IMG/VR virus record: IMGVR_UViG_3300021166_000096
Coordinates: 218 to 64,217 of that record
DNA length: 64,000 nucleotides
DNA from: a virus
Taxonomy: Duplodnaviria; Caudoviricetes
Direction: 5' to 3' (one strand)
Of this stretch, positions 47,701 to 54,904 are shown one piece after another (the stretch's first letter is position 1; the number at the start of each line of letters is the position of its first letter). A program made the translations under genes and the position numbers. The notes below the pieces were generated by a model. It saw only the letters and a list, made by a program, of their open reading frames with translations, ran no database searches and was not told the DNA's origin.

Positions 47701-50527
47701 TGTCGATGGAAGTGTTGGTTTCGAGGAAGACGCTGAGACCTACGCAACCCCAAAAGAACTCTCTGGCCTCGATCTTAAAGTCGGAGGAGAAGGCCTCAAA
47801 CAACTCTACGACGTTGACCTGCCCAACATCTTCAAGGCCTGGGGTAAGGAGAAGATGGGAGCTATTCTTACCACAATCCCTATAAGTGGTGATGCTCTTA
47901 TCGATTATTTTAATGGAGAAGGAGCAGGGGAAGACGTGCAAACCTCCCTGCCCTACATCCCGATCACCGACAAGACGCCCAGCTCGTTCCCGATGCGCTC
48001 CAAACGCACCTACGATGCGGCCACCATCCAGGCCAAAAAGAACGTAGGTGCGATTGTCGAACCGGTGACCATGAAGGACTGGTGGACTGAGACCCGTAAA
48101 GACCTCAAGCTGAAGATTCAGCACTATTTGGTAGACCAGTATGCCCCGTTGAAAAAACTCGGCCAGGATGCTTATATCCAGGCCCGGATGGCTGCCGGTC
48201 AAGGTGGCGCGTTGGAAGCGATGATGCACTTCGGTGATCTCATCCTCCGAGACGGTGTCACCGATGTCGTCGTCGGCAAGACGAAGGGAATCATCGAATC
48301 GCTGCAGGCGCTGCAAGGTGAGCAGCACGACTTCCTCTGGTGGATCGCGGCCCACCGGGCTGAGAAACTCACCGCCGAGGAGCGGGAGAACCTTTTCCAG
48401 GAAGCGGACATCGAAGCACTTCTCAAGCTCAACCAGGGAAAAATGCCTGACGGCAAGGACCGGGCCACCGTCTATAAAGAGGTGCTGAAAGACTACGTCC
48501 GCGCCAACAAGAACGTCATGGACATCGCCGAGCAGTCGGAACTGATCGACAGCGAAACCCGGGCGCAATGGGAACACGACATGTACGTCCCCTTCTATCG
48601 GGCTGCAGTCGATGGCGTCGATAACCCACGCAGTGGCAGCGGCCTGGTCCGGCAGTACGCCTTCAAGCAGTTGAAGGGTGGCACCAGGAAGCTCCACAAC
48701 GACCTGCTGGCCAATGTCCTAATGAACTGGTCGCACGTCCTCGATGCCTCGGCCAAGAACCGGGCCGCGTCCAAGTCGCTCCAGGCTGCGGAGGATATGG
48801 GGATCGCCGAATATCTTGGGGAAAGCCCCAAGGGAAAAGGTTCCGTCTATTACATGGGCCGATTCGACAAAGAGATCAAAGCCGGAACGAAGTATTTCGA
48901 GAACGGGATCGAGAAGACCGCCACCACGGACACCACTGTTTCGATGTGGGGTAAGAAATATTACTCGGTCAGTGATCCCCTTATCCTCGAATCCCTGAAC
49001 GCCCTGGAGTTCAGCGGGTTCAAAGGGATGGCTATGGACGCGCTCACCAAGACCAAACGGCTGCTCACCATGGGCGTCACCGCAAATCCCGCGTTCAAGA
49101 TCCGCAACCTGATTCGCGACTCGATGACCACTCCTGCACTCTCCGGGGCGTCGTACAATCCGCTCAAGAACGCTGGACAAGGTTTCCGCGCCATGCGGGA
49201 GAAAGGTCAGACCTATGCATCGCTGCTGGCTGGCGGTGGCATCATCCGCTTTGGATCGATGTTGGAAGACAATAGTGCCGCCCATGTCGACAAGTTGATC
49301 AACGCAGGCGTCAAGCGCGGCGACATCCTCGACACCAAAGAAAAGATCACTGGTTTCTTCAGCACTGTCTGGGACAAGTACAACGAGGTTGGCGACATCT
49401 CTGAGGGTGCTAACCGGGCCGCGCTGTACGAGCAGCTCCGCGCTCAAGGGAAGACGCATGCAGAAGCTTCCTACCAGGCCCGCGACTTGATGGACTTCCA
49501 CCTGCGTGGTGCCGGACCCGCTGCCCGCTTCCTGGCGCAGACGGTACCGTTTTTCAATGCCCGGGCGCAAGGCCTTTACAAGCTGGCCCGCGCCGGGCAT
49601 GCGGATCCCAAACGTATGGGTGCGGTCCTGGGGGCCACGGCCATGGCCAGCATCGCTCTGATGCTTGCGTACAAGGACGACGACGATTGGAAAGAGCGCG
49701 AAGATTGGGACCGCGATACCTACTTCTGGTTCAAGGCCGGTGGCCGCACCCTGCGCATCCCCAAGGGATTCGAGATCGGGGCCATCGCCACCCTGGCCGA
49801 GCGCGGCCTGGAGTACTTCATCTCCGACGAGATGACCGGCAAGCGCCTGGGTGATCGCGTCCTGGCCATGCTCGGCCAGACACTTTCCTTCAACCCGACA
49901 CCGCAGATCATCAAACCACTGGTCGACCTCTACGCCGACAAGGACAGCTTCACCGGTCGCCCCATCGAAGGCCCGACACTGGAAGGCCGGTTGAAATCCG
50001 ACCGGATGACCAATCGGACCTCCGAGTTCGCCAAGCTGATCGGCGCTGCCGGGGACACCACCGGGATCTCGCCGGTGCAGGTTGATCACCTCATCCGGGG
50101 CTATTTCGGCTGGCTGGGGACCGCGGCAACTGTGATTACGGACATCGCATCACGTCCGGTGTTGGATCGTCCAGAGGCGGCTGACATGCGGCTGCGTGAT
50201 ATGTTCCTCGCCGGTAACTTCGTTGAAACGTTGCCTCGCGGTTCCAGCCGGTACGTCACTGAATTTTACGACCAAGCTAAGGAGTTGCAGCAGAGCTGGA
50301 ACTCCGTACGGGACAGCATCAAACGTGGTGACAAAGCGCCGGAGGATGCAGGAGTCATCCACTCCAAGGCCCAGCAGGCCAGCAGAGCGCAGAAGCTGAT
50401 GGGTGTCATGACCAACCGCATCCGCGCTGTGGAAAATGACAAGATAATGTCCGGTGCAGAAAAACGTACGCAAATTGATCTGCTCACCGAGCGGAGAAAC
50501 CAATTGGCAAAAAAGGCGTTGCAGTGA
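38720..50527 (+). CDS. Giant (3935 aa) polyvalent virion protein: zincin-like, Cys-containing barrel, GNAT, SAM-MTase, 2x ART-PolyVal-like, LPD38
   Basis: HEIGTH..EEALAY; CLYCYVE..RIFSTSDF..AYTKV; RKQGIGS..LVTFYKRFGF; ADIGGG..SNVLNVI..LKPGG; two NFKxWF..VxxxGxPVRVYHG..F..FD domains; C-terminal FWFK..RIPKGFEIG...DLYADKDSFTGRPI...QVDHLIRGYFGWLG. Confidence 0.9.
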   Translation: MDIWKQLDAENTDALVAQATERSKADDAATNLTGSAPVINGPQPDRNWKTNTQDVLATGAKGITNLGDALIGIADIPTMGQAGRSASLVGLNDVYGDPLQAEQALLGHEQDIADKKSNPYIEESPYSAPQQWAQQQVTNAKGFGGKFAAAVRNPSTIATTVGESLPTRLAGGLVGEGLVAATGLSPVIGGALGEGIMGAGSAAESIRKDSASGTITPSQAGMAVGSGIGTTAFGVLGGKFAQKLGLTDVDTLFANNFKKIATNAGIEQGEQGFASSVAQVAGRMAAGGFTEAVFEELPQTIQETMWQNAATGKPLTEGLDEAAAMAILSGGAMGSAANIGATSHGQSQTPEQKAEAKAALDRNLAAAELRKANLPTRDLIALKEGKDVEGYTPEMLASKGLGVEHIDAIINEREASLNSVQQRLNDVEAAGKGGPLTKVSQLVVADDTNLLEAEQIRRYTQAQNDIARKNTALEAADAAFQTYNPEAPAAQAAPVLPPVQTGPVTKILDPETEADWANQERKSLAERRAAIITGDITTVANSEDYKQWATAASAALQNAGLRQEEVAPFVTPEAYQRQVRETPAENAPAPAQEPGLPKYNELNNFDDRASIVGISDPNLVNKTPEQQLDEAKRAAAAPKLDAQAAEAAAGYTEWQTQTRAALEHNQTANATGKLSERRAAAKEKEAQEAAQAAVVKEAARREAIAAVNKKNPKYAQADAAAVEYDETFQAYGTVPETGGNIDEVEAQKFEREVRIERARARAITRDKQWAKEEAEQDAVINDKAIPKEVRASAKAEAMATIKSDPIYAHVDEIKKRGKLNSEQLAQDYDSDTLSQLGKRYPGLLSKVGTQQPDTVAGELGYQNLDHMVQTLLAAKTQKSLEAELTQQHRDAWENAEEASKQEAAKPDTSFNPDELQEDKITFVKDEQIGGIVDQIENDPRSFNAQSFDGPEYNDKQREHLKAAYRNSWVKPEQKPGENPKVYRRRVLADKAEYLGEEVNDKLFKEKDNGQSTTEKSTSESTTEGISATEGNTTQEVLTKEQRGKIRKALSSLSPIQRQAAEALIRSGKIKVLTQAEAEAMTGVNEDGTQGFVDNKITYLIPENIAPDNLWGLIRHEIGTHVGKLIRDKGDFKALLKSIHARQQERGETGDAIRAAYYRVNQDENNDNKTDDERAEEALAYLVEDAPETGLVKRFIQKVKDALRAIGINPGNFSVEDLTALADAAIHQEAGFGSVQKDFMAKNTREKGSILSPPGPGVQRSTHNTKERATSVKNYLKKNDVAPDKIEKLLVSEKEFQILKDLLEKNADRLPRQAMVDGGPIRSNNDNLYLWSFDLASMCVKRLGYGANLSEFAKRLGRAPNIDESIMLTIQMVEDGHDAPCLYCYVESPRRIFLQEVNRYAAAMAGQTEFLNEKAPGYQADLAMAKKAQAAGFALEDFDYRYLIDPEYAQRNVSEHQKKFAEIYQHINNRSASASTQNKVKTYQEYKAQMLTKANSSSDKTHNLPLREYLNARAGFRIFSTSDFQIEHAMDLMQLVQDLHITDMIAHAYTKVEDFVRTFGKTGLKIQCSVFGVEQTNADGTFEIKQDTTMGMEWEAAKKFRKIEGGNVGTVFVTTSENMTHWALQQPWIDYIIPFHASGMPKEYYTEDLSWTNFTGTQLEKMQKPRFSAKTGKNTDYGVGDLKILMADILNVGDGSNRKGMTDKEATNRYLALLKERGTVGVFPQFQFIHQQVMKDGKMTWEPTKKVNPNYIKLKKDYSRTDTDFTVPDPTKIDANRLFRLTKEWLKRGGDKPVEAETATIDKVMKRIANGETGSSMLQGSSLRNVQRSVRAKLDALKKDHNVISSLTHERENGDLVLSSFIVDKANRKQGIGSSYMKDLIKIADENGRRVLLSPGVKGDLSGSTSRGRLVTFYKRFGFVENKGRNKDYSISEGMIRYPKDVQRSKAWGTPQQRVSSASTSISYPNPETKAPVIFSAFRKGQIQLGPLNADIGGGRYDQITDWLKTKDVENVVWDRFNREEAHNAAAEAKLKGGQADTATISNVLNVIPEAESRTSVIATAHDSLKPGGKAFFSMYEAPKAGEVAKKDAYQVGQKTSAYIPEIEKVFGKGSVVKKGPVLIATKKGGPAGGGKYKPVDTNSTNFKKWFGASKLVDEKGAPVRVYHGSPETFEAFDKTKLGKNRLSPGAGLGHFFAMDRTESQAYGDVQSFFVKLENPRTMNSYELPTFRSVEEAQAWTKRQQLAGYDGLILQDEEHVVVFENNQVKSAELNTGEFNPNDARFNRSKYKPVDTTSENFKRWFKDSKAVDQDGDPVRVYHGTTFGFFAFDREKARKENDLGSAFYFSDERGDSDQNYAGMGPDLTNRYEAKVERLQQEISEDPEAFGLRDNATDAAIEKKAHSLAKKELVGKKPQVMELYLSLQNPVVLGGDNPTYLGYDLEIDEDELNNFKAQAWDEIKADEDLTDEDREDYEDQIEDRAREMFDENNYDQEPSGPIADILKSIEKQIWRLDEGNFDQVREDVQQAVYFGDIIRADKLIKILKESEGLAYATDYDNDSGLMSAEVIRQAFEDAGFDGFIDHTVSRFNMDGVGQTHYLAFQPEQVKSAVSNTGEFDPTNPDIRRSKAFFSKLQQVTDTKFTDMKAQSVENFLLKQGVKKGEMDDLRPWLAAKKPTDKVTKAELSDFVKATTVDYEDVILSESQDETVEEVSNAKQIIADGGKIYAIDSEGRAIKIVTDSGVIAPYIIDNWENYTVKIGDISNAKSEGKTHFGTYTTPGAKEGSYREMFVTAPGLKAPPADKSAYLALKKQRDALGFDGYGTKEYADLDAKMSLMAERLNDTTKWKDGHGQYEHIANPIVRIRFNEVAGPNSERILRVEEMQGPSEFNQTKMPGYMKDNIYQVGVKRILAYAKEKGFDGVALATEPGRTAGETQADRYSLEKQISRIVHAESEGGGYDVSVEDKDGGVVYEKYGQTPKDLESLVGKEIANKIVAGEGKDVDGSVGFEEDAETYATPKELSGLDLKVGGEGLKQLYDVDLPNIFKAWGKEKMGAILTTIPISGDALIDYFNGEGAGEDVQTSLPYIPITDKTPSSFPMRSKRTYDAATIQAKKNVGAIVEPVTMKDWWTETRKDLKLKIQHYLVDQYAPLKKLGQDAYIQARMAAGQGGALEAMMHFGDLILRDGVTDVVVGKTKGIIESLQALQGEQHDFLWWIAAHRAEKLTAEERENLFQEADIEALLKLNQGKMPDGKDRATVYKEVLKDYVRANKNVMDIAEQSELIDSETRAQWEHDMYVPFYRAAVDGVDNPRSGSGLVRQYAFKQLKGGTRKLHNDLLANVLMNWSHVLDASAKNRAASKSLQAAEDMGIAEYLGESPKGKGSVYYMGRFDKEIKAGTKYFENGIEKTATTDTTVSMWGKKYYSVSDPLILESLNALEFSGFKGMAMDALTKTKRLLTMGVTANPAFKIRNLIRDSMTTPALSGASYNPLKNAGQGFRAMREKGQTYASLLAGGGIIRFGSMLEDNSAAHVDKLINAGVKRGDILDTKEKITGFFSTVWDKYNEVGDISEGANRAALYEQLRAQGKTHAEASYQARDLMDFHLRGAGPAARFLAQTVPFFNARAQGLYKLARAGHADPKRMGAVLGATAMASIALMLAYKDDDDWKEREDWDRDTYFWFKAGGRTLRIPKGFEIGAIATLAERGLEYFISDEMTGKRLGDRVLAMLGQTLSFNPTPQIIKPLVDLYADKDSFTGRPIEGPTLEGRLKSDRMTNRTSEFAKLIGAAGDTTGISPVQVDHLIRGYFGWLGTAATVITDIASRPVLDRPEAADMRLRDMFLAGNFVETLPRGSSRYVTEFYDQAKELQQSWNSVRDSIKRGDKAPEDAGVIHSKAQQASRAQKLMGVMTNRIRAVENDKIMSGAEKRTQIDLLTERRNQLAKKALQ

Positions 50528-50555
50528 ACGCTATAGCCGTTAGAAGGAGAGCAGG

Positions 50556-50720
50556 ATGAACCTCTTTAATAAGATTGGCGAAGTGGTGATGAAATGGATA
50601 GATCGTACCGCAGATCCTATTCCAGTCCCCAAGGAAGAGATGGACAAATTCAAGGCCTCGGTAGAGGAAGGGATAGAAAGGGAATGTTCGACGAGATCAC
50701 CACCTTCTGGCTCAAAATAG
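50556..50720 (+). CDS. Small hypothetical protein
   Basis: 54-aa ORF with AAGGAG RBS (hand translation). Confidence 0.4.
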   Translation: MNLFNKIGEVVMKWIDRTADPIPVPKEEMDKFKASVEEGIERECSTRSPPSGSK

Positions 50721-51142
50721 TCGCTCAGGTCATTGCTTTTTTCTGCTCCTTCGTTTTCGGTATCGTGGCCGCGACCTTGTCGGTGGCCAAGCTTATCCGA
50801 GGTTTTGAAAAGAAACAAATCGATACCGATAACGAACTGAACGCACTGAAAAATACCGTCGCGGATATGCACGTTAAATGTGCTGAAAACCGCGATGATA
50901 TGAAGATCGCCATCACCCAGGCCGTACGCGAGGGGATGAATGGGATGGAAGGTCGATGGGGGATTGAATTGGCAGGAGCCAGCGCCCAGCGGGCCAAACA
51001 AGAGGAGATGCTACAGAACGTGCAGAAATCAATCGATAAGCAAGATGTGGCCATTGTCCGCGTTCACGAGCGGATAGACGCCATCGCTATCTCGGGACTG
51101 GATAATGTCCCAGGAAGAAAGGAACAACGACATGAATCTTAA
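50684..51142 (+). CDS. Membrane-anchored coiled-coil protein (holin/spanin-like candidate)
   Basis: IVAQVIAFFCSFVFGIVAATLSVA TM segment followed by a coiled coil. Confidence 0.55.
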   Translation: MFDEITTFWLKIVAQVIAFFCSFVFGIVAATLSVAKLIRGFEKKQIDTDNELNALKNTVADMHVKCAENRDDMKIAITQAVREGMNGMEGRWGIELAGASAQRAKQEEMLQNVQKSIDKQDVAIVRVHERIDAIAISGLDNVPGRKEQRHES

Positions 51143-51671
51143 ACCAGGGGATGTCTTCTGCGTGGAAGGATCGATGCCGGTAATCGCTCCGCTCATCCGC
51201 ATGGCAGAGAGATTCTGGAGTATCGACGATCACGCCGACTTCGGTCACGCCGGGATCATTACCACGGAACTCGGCGATACCTTCGAGATGTTGTGGACGG
51301 CGCAGCGCAGCCACCTCAACCAATACGCAGGCCAGCAAATCCTCATCGCCCGTCCGACACACTATTATGATTCTGATCGGCATATAAGCCAGAGGATCGT
51401 GAAGATTGTCCTGCAGGACGTTACCTGGGAGGATGCAGGAAGATGGTACCCAGTTCACCGATTGTTGCTGCACCTGATTCCACCACTGGCGAAGTACCTG
51501 AGCGCCCATAAATTTCTGGTATGTTCAGAATTGACGGCTAAGTTTCTTTGGAAAATAGGAGCGCGGCCCTGCATCTATAGCGGTGTCAATCCTGATACCC
51601 TTGCCGATGAATTTACTGATTGGCGCAATTTTGAAATAATTTATAAAGGAGTATGGAAATGCCCACGTTAA
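51132..51671 (+). CDS. Permuted papain-like (YiiX/YaeF, NlpC/P60) amidase
   Basis: LKPGDVF, FGHAGII (His) preceding LVCSELTA (Cys), NPDTLA. Confidence 0.8.
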   Translation: MNLKPGDVFCVEGSMPVIAPLIRMAERFWSIDDHADFGHAGIITTELGDTFEMLWTAQRSHLNQYAGQQILIARPTHYYDSDRHISQRIVKIVLQDVTWEDAGRWYPVHRLLLHLIPPLAKYLSAHKFLVCSELTAKFLWKIGARPCIYSGVNPDTLADEFTDWRNFEIIYKGVWKCPR

Positions 51672-51967
51672 CAGAAGTATCAGTACTGCTCGACTCTACC
51701 GGTGCCCTTTACCACAAAGTTCGTGGGGGGATCATTAAACAAGCCTCTGTCATTTATGGCGAAGATGGGGCGACGGTCAACCACGCGAATCGCCTTCTCT
51801 GGGCGCAGGACGTGCTGCTCAAAGGGAATCTTGATCAGCGAACCAAGGAGATGTACCGGATGGCGATGACCAACGACACAATCGTTACCGCTGGTGAGGC
51901 CGCGCTCGACACTGATGTCGAGTGGGTGATTGCCTTCTTCCTTAATACCGTCGCTACAGGAGCATAA
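51659..51967 (+). CDS. Small virion-module protein
   Basis: TVNHANRLLWAQDVL; AAAGGAG RBS. Confidence 0.6.
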   Translation: MPTLTEVSVLLDSTGALYHKVRGGIIKQASVIYGEDGATVNHANRLLWAQDVLLKGNLDQRTKEMYRMAMTNDTIVTAGEAALDTDVEWVIAFFLNTVATGA

Positions 51968-51971
51968 TGAC

Positions 51972-52367
51972 ATGGCATGGGGAGCAAAAACAACGCTGAC
52001 CGGGCTTAATACCTCGCTCAGTGAGACCACCAACGTCGATGCCGATTACGTCGCCACTAACCATTACACCCAGTGGGATACGTTGAACCCCGGCGAGTCC
52101 GTCCAGTTGCAGATCGCAGCCGCGTTCGGAACCACGGGCAGCGACATGTACTTCCGGATTGTCACCTGTGAAGACCCGACCTCCGAGACCGCCGACACCG
52201 TGGCGTTCGTGGCCGGGTCCGTACCGTTCGTCCTCAGCACCACGCAGCTCAGGACCATCGTTCTTTCCAACGTCTACAAATACCGGGTTGAAGTTCGTAA
52301 AGGTGGCACCACCGCCGGATCTTACACACCCAACGTCTACGCCAAGAAGAACGGAATCTCAGTATAA
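51972..52367 (+). CDS. Small beta-sandwich virion protein
   Basis: CAGGAG RBS; Thr/Val-rich. Confidence 0.6.
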   Translation: MAWGAKTTLTGLNTSLSETTNVDADYVATNHYTQWDTLNPGESVQLQIAAAFGTTGSDMYFRIVTCEDPTSETADTVAFVAGSVPFVLSTTQLRTIVLSNVYKYRVEVRKGGTTAGSYTPNVYAKKNGISV

Positions 52368-54058
52368 TGTTAATACCCATCAGAGTTGACAGAACCAGCA
52401 AGCCGCCCATCGGTACGCCGTTGCGCTCTGATGGGCATTGGAGTGTTCAGGGGCTGGTCGGGGCTTGGGCGTTTAATGAGGGTGCAGGACAATCCACTAT
52501 AAATGTTGTTACTGGTTCAAGGGTGGTAATACAGCAGGGTTCAGGAGTTATTACATGGACCCCTGATGGAATGAGAATTGACGATCTGGCGGTGTCTCTC
52601 AATACTCCCCCTCCCCTTGGAGCGATGACCATTGTCTCAAAGGGAGATTATTCAAATACTCCAGACATTGCTTTAAGTTTTAAGGCTGGGTCCAATTATC
52701 CAGGAATACGATACCAAGGAGTTGATTATACCGTTTTATGGTTGGCCGCATCAGGAAACTACCGAGTATTTAACGCTCCCCTTGGCTATGCTACAAGGTT
52801 AAACATCATCGTTATACCAGGAAATTCCCAATCAGATGTTAACAGCTCTTCGTGGTATGTAGATGGAAAGGCATTAAGTGTATCATCAACAGATTCAACA
52901 TCTCCACAAGATTCAAGGGATTCTCTTTTAAAGGGGATTATAGGACTTCAATGGATCAACCAGCGGAACGATTACCTTGGCATCTATAACCGAGTATTAA
53001 CCCCAGACCAAGTCAAATCCCTCTCCGACAACCCGTGGCAGATCTACGAGCCGGAAACCATCTGGGCCAACCTCGCCACCGGGGCAACGCTCGACCAGTA
53101 TTCTTTCCGCTTCATCAACGACGACAGCTCGGAAGATGCCGGAACCTTCCTGGCCGCTGAGAATGCCAATGTCACCCAACCACCAGGCTCAGTCATGCGG
53201 CTGCGGATGCTGCTGAACGCCACCGGAGATCCAGACGAGAAGCGATTCCAGCTTGAGTACCGGCGCAAACCTTCCGGCGGTGAGTTCGGCGCATGGGCCA
53301 TCGTCCAGGCAGCGACCAGTGCCTTGCGGATGATCCCGATTCGGGTTGACCGGACCAGTAAGCCCCCTATTGGTACTCCTCTTCGCACCGATGGGCATTG
53401 GAGTGTTCAAGGCTTGGCTGGAGTGTGGGCGTTTAATGAAGGAGCAGGTTTCTCTGTATTTGATGGGGTTACGGGGACTGTCGGATCGGTAACAAACAGT
53501 GCTGGAGGCAAAATCGACACACTTGGTGTAGATTTCCCACAAGGTACTAGCGGAACCCCTAATTACAATGATGCGATTTTACTAAAGCGCAAGATTCCAT
53601 CTCCTACATTGACTATTACCGCCGTAGTGTTCCTGCACTCCAGCATGTCGGGTTTGGGGTGGGACATCATAACTCATGGTGAAGGTGGGCCGGCTCTTAG
53701 AATAGTAGAATTAAACCTAGTAAAGGTTAGTGCTGATCAAGGAGTATCAGCCCCAACTTCTGGATTAGCACTAGTTCCAGGTAAAACACAGACTGTCTGT
53801 GCTAGTGTGGGTGGTGGGTCAATTGTTTATGGATTGAATGGGGATACTGAGACGTATACGTATTCTCCTTCATTCACATTCAATAACAACATATTCTGCA
53901 ACGGTATATACTTAGAAGACACAAGGTACTATGGTAGAACCAGCAAATACTACCTTGTTTTATGGCATACTGTTGCCCTTCTCCCCCAACAAATAGCCTC
54001 CCTCTCAGAAAACCCCTGGCAAATCTACGAACCCGAAACCCTTTGGATACAGGTGTAA
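52367..54058 (+). CDS. Tandem LamG / concanavalin-A-like lectin protein
   Basis: Two copies of IPIRVDRTSKPPIGTPLR.DGHWSVQGL.G.WAFNEGAG...SLSxNPWQIYEPET; IYNRVLTPDQV LamG signature. Confidence 0.75.
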   Translation: MLIPIRVDRTSKPPIGTPLRSDGHWSVQGLVGAWAFNEGAGQSTINVVTGSRVVIQQGSGVITWTPDGMRIDDLAVSLNTPPPLGAMTIVSKGDYSNTPDIALSFKAGSNYPGIRYQGVDYTVLWLAASGNYRVFNAPLGYATRLNIIVIPGNSQSDVNSSSWYVDGKALSVSSTDSTSPQDSRDSLLKGIIGLQWINQRNDYLGIYNRVLTPDQVKSLSDNPWQIYEPETIWANLATGATLDQYSFRFINDDSSEDAGTFLAAENANVTQPPGSVMRLRMLLNATGDPDEKRFQLEYRRKPSGGEFGAWAIVQAATSALRMIPIRVDRTSKPPIGTPLRTDGHWSVQGLAGVWAFNEGAGFSVFDGVTGTVGSVTNSAGGKIDTLGVDFPQGTSGTPNYNDAILLKRKIPSPTLTITAVVFLHSSMSGLGWDIITHGEGGPALRIVELNLVKVSADQGVSAPTSGLALVPGKTQTVCASVGGGSIVYGLNGDTETYTYSPSFTFNNNIFCNGIYLEDTRYYGRTSKYYLVLWHTVALLPQQIASLSENPWQIYEPETLWIQV

Positions 54059-54061
54059 ATA

Positions 54062-54901
54062 ATGGCAATCACGACAAGAGATCAACTCATAAACGCAATG
54101 GGCAACAACAGCTCACGGCTGGTCATCGACAAGGCGAGCATAGCAAACGCTGCAGCGGCTCAATTCCACAGCCTTTGGAGAGCCACCGGGCAACCGGGTC
54201 AAGGAGCGATTCCTGGCGCTGCTGCCATCTGTAATAACACCTTGACTGGTGCAATGGGATTCAACCAGCAGACCACCCCGGCCACCTCATATCTGGCGAT
54301 ACTTGAGGGGCTGTGTTCAAACAGCGCAACCGTTCTTGAGATCCATGATCGACTCATGCATATGGGAGGTTTGAGTGGCACTACACTTACCGCTCAAACG
54401 GCCAATCTTGATGTCTACGCCAACATTGCGACCGATAACCTTGATGTCAGGAAGGGCGACGCCAACTACTCGGACATCACCTGGTGGCTCGAATGGTACA
54501 CGGATACAGGTGCTTCAGTGGTCACCGCTACAGCCAACGTCACCTATAACGACGGTACGTCTGGCGACTTAACAGCCATCTCCCTGGCCGCGACAAGACG
54601 CGCTTCATTTATGCAACCGCTGAACGGCCTGATACCTGCCGCCTCCTCCGGGAAGTATATACGCGACGTGAATACTGTCCTTCTTTCAGCCACCACCGGT
54701 ACCGCCGGGTCATTCGGTGTCACCGCAACCCGATACAGGGCGGCACTTTACAAGCCCCTTGCAAACGCCCGATTCACATCAGACTGGGCAGGGCTTGGCC
54801 TTCCTGAAATACCCAACTCTTCGTGCCTGATGCTGATCCAGCTTGCAGGTACGACTTCGACAGGAACGGTCAGAGCAACCGGAAAGGTCATCCACGGATA
54901 A
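54062..54901 (+). CDS. Virion structural protein
   Basis: MAITTRDQLINA...FHSLWRATGQPGQG; Ala/Thr/Gly-rich. Confidence 0.65.
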   Translation: MAITTRDQLINAMGNNSSRLVIDKASIANAAAAQFHSLWRATGQPGQGAIPGAAAICNNTLTGAMGFNQQTTPATSYLAILEGLCSNSATVLEIHDRLMHMGGLSGTTLTAQTANLDVYANIATDNLDVRKGDANYSDITWWLEWYTDTGASVVTATANVTYNDGTSGDLTAISLAATRRASFMQPLNGLIPAASSGKYIRDVNTVLLSATTGTAGSFGVTATRYRAALYKPLANARFTSDWAGLGLPEIPNSSCLMLIQLAGTTSTGTVRATGKVIHG

Positions 54902-54904
54902 GGC

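Noticed and set aside
41723-50089. Long minus-strand ORFs (846, 454, 525, 371 and 456 aa)
   Set aside because: Antisense to the giant gene; explained by codon bias that removes stops on the opposite strand; no recognisable domains.
38720-50527. N4-like virion RNA polymerase
   Set aside because: Size and capsid family suggested it, but I found no single-subunit RNAP motifs; the domains are polyvalent-type.
52367-54058. DGR template/variable repeat pair
   Set aside because: No reverse transcriptase; differences are mostly synonymous and include non-adenine changes such as CCG/CCC.
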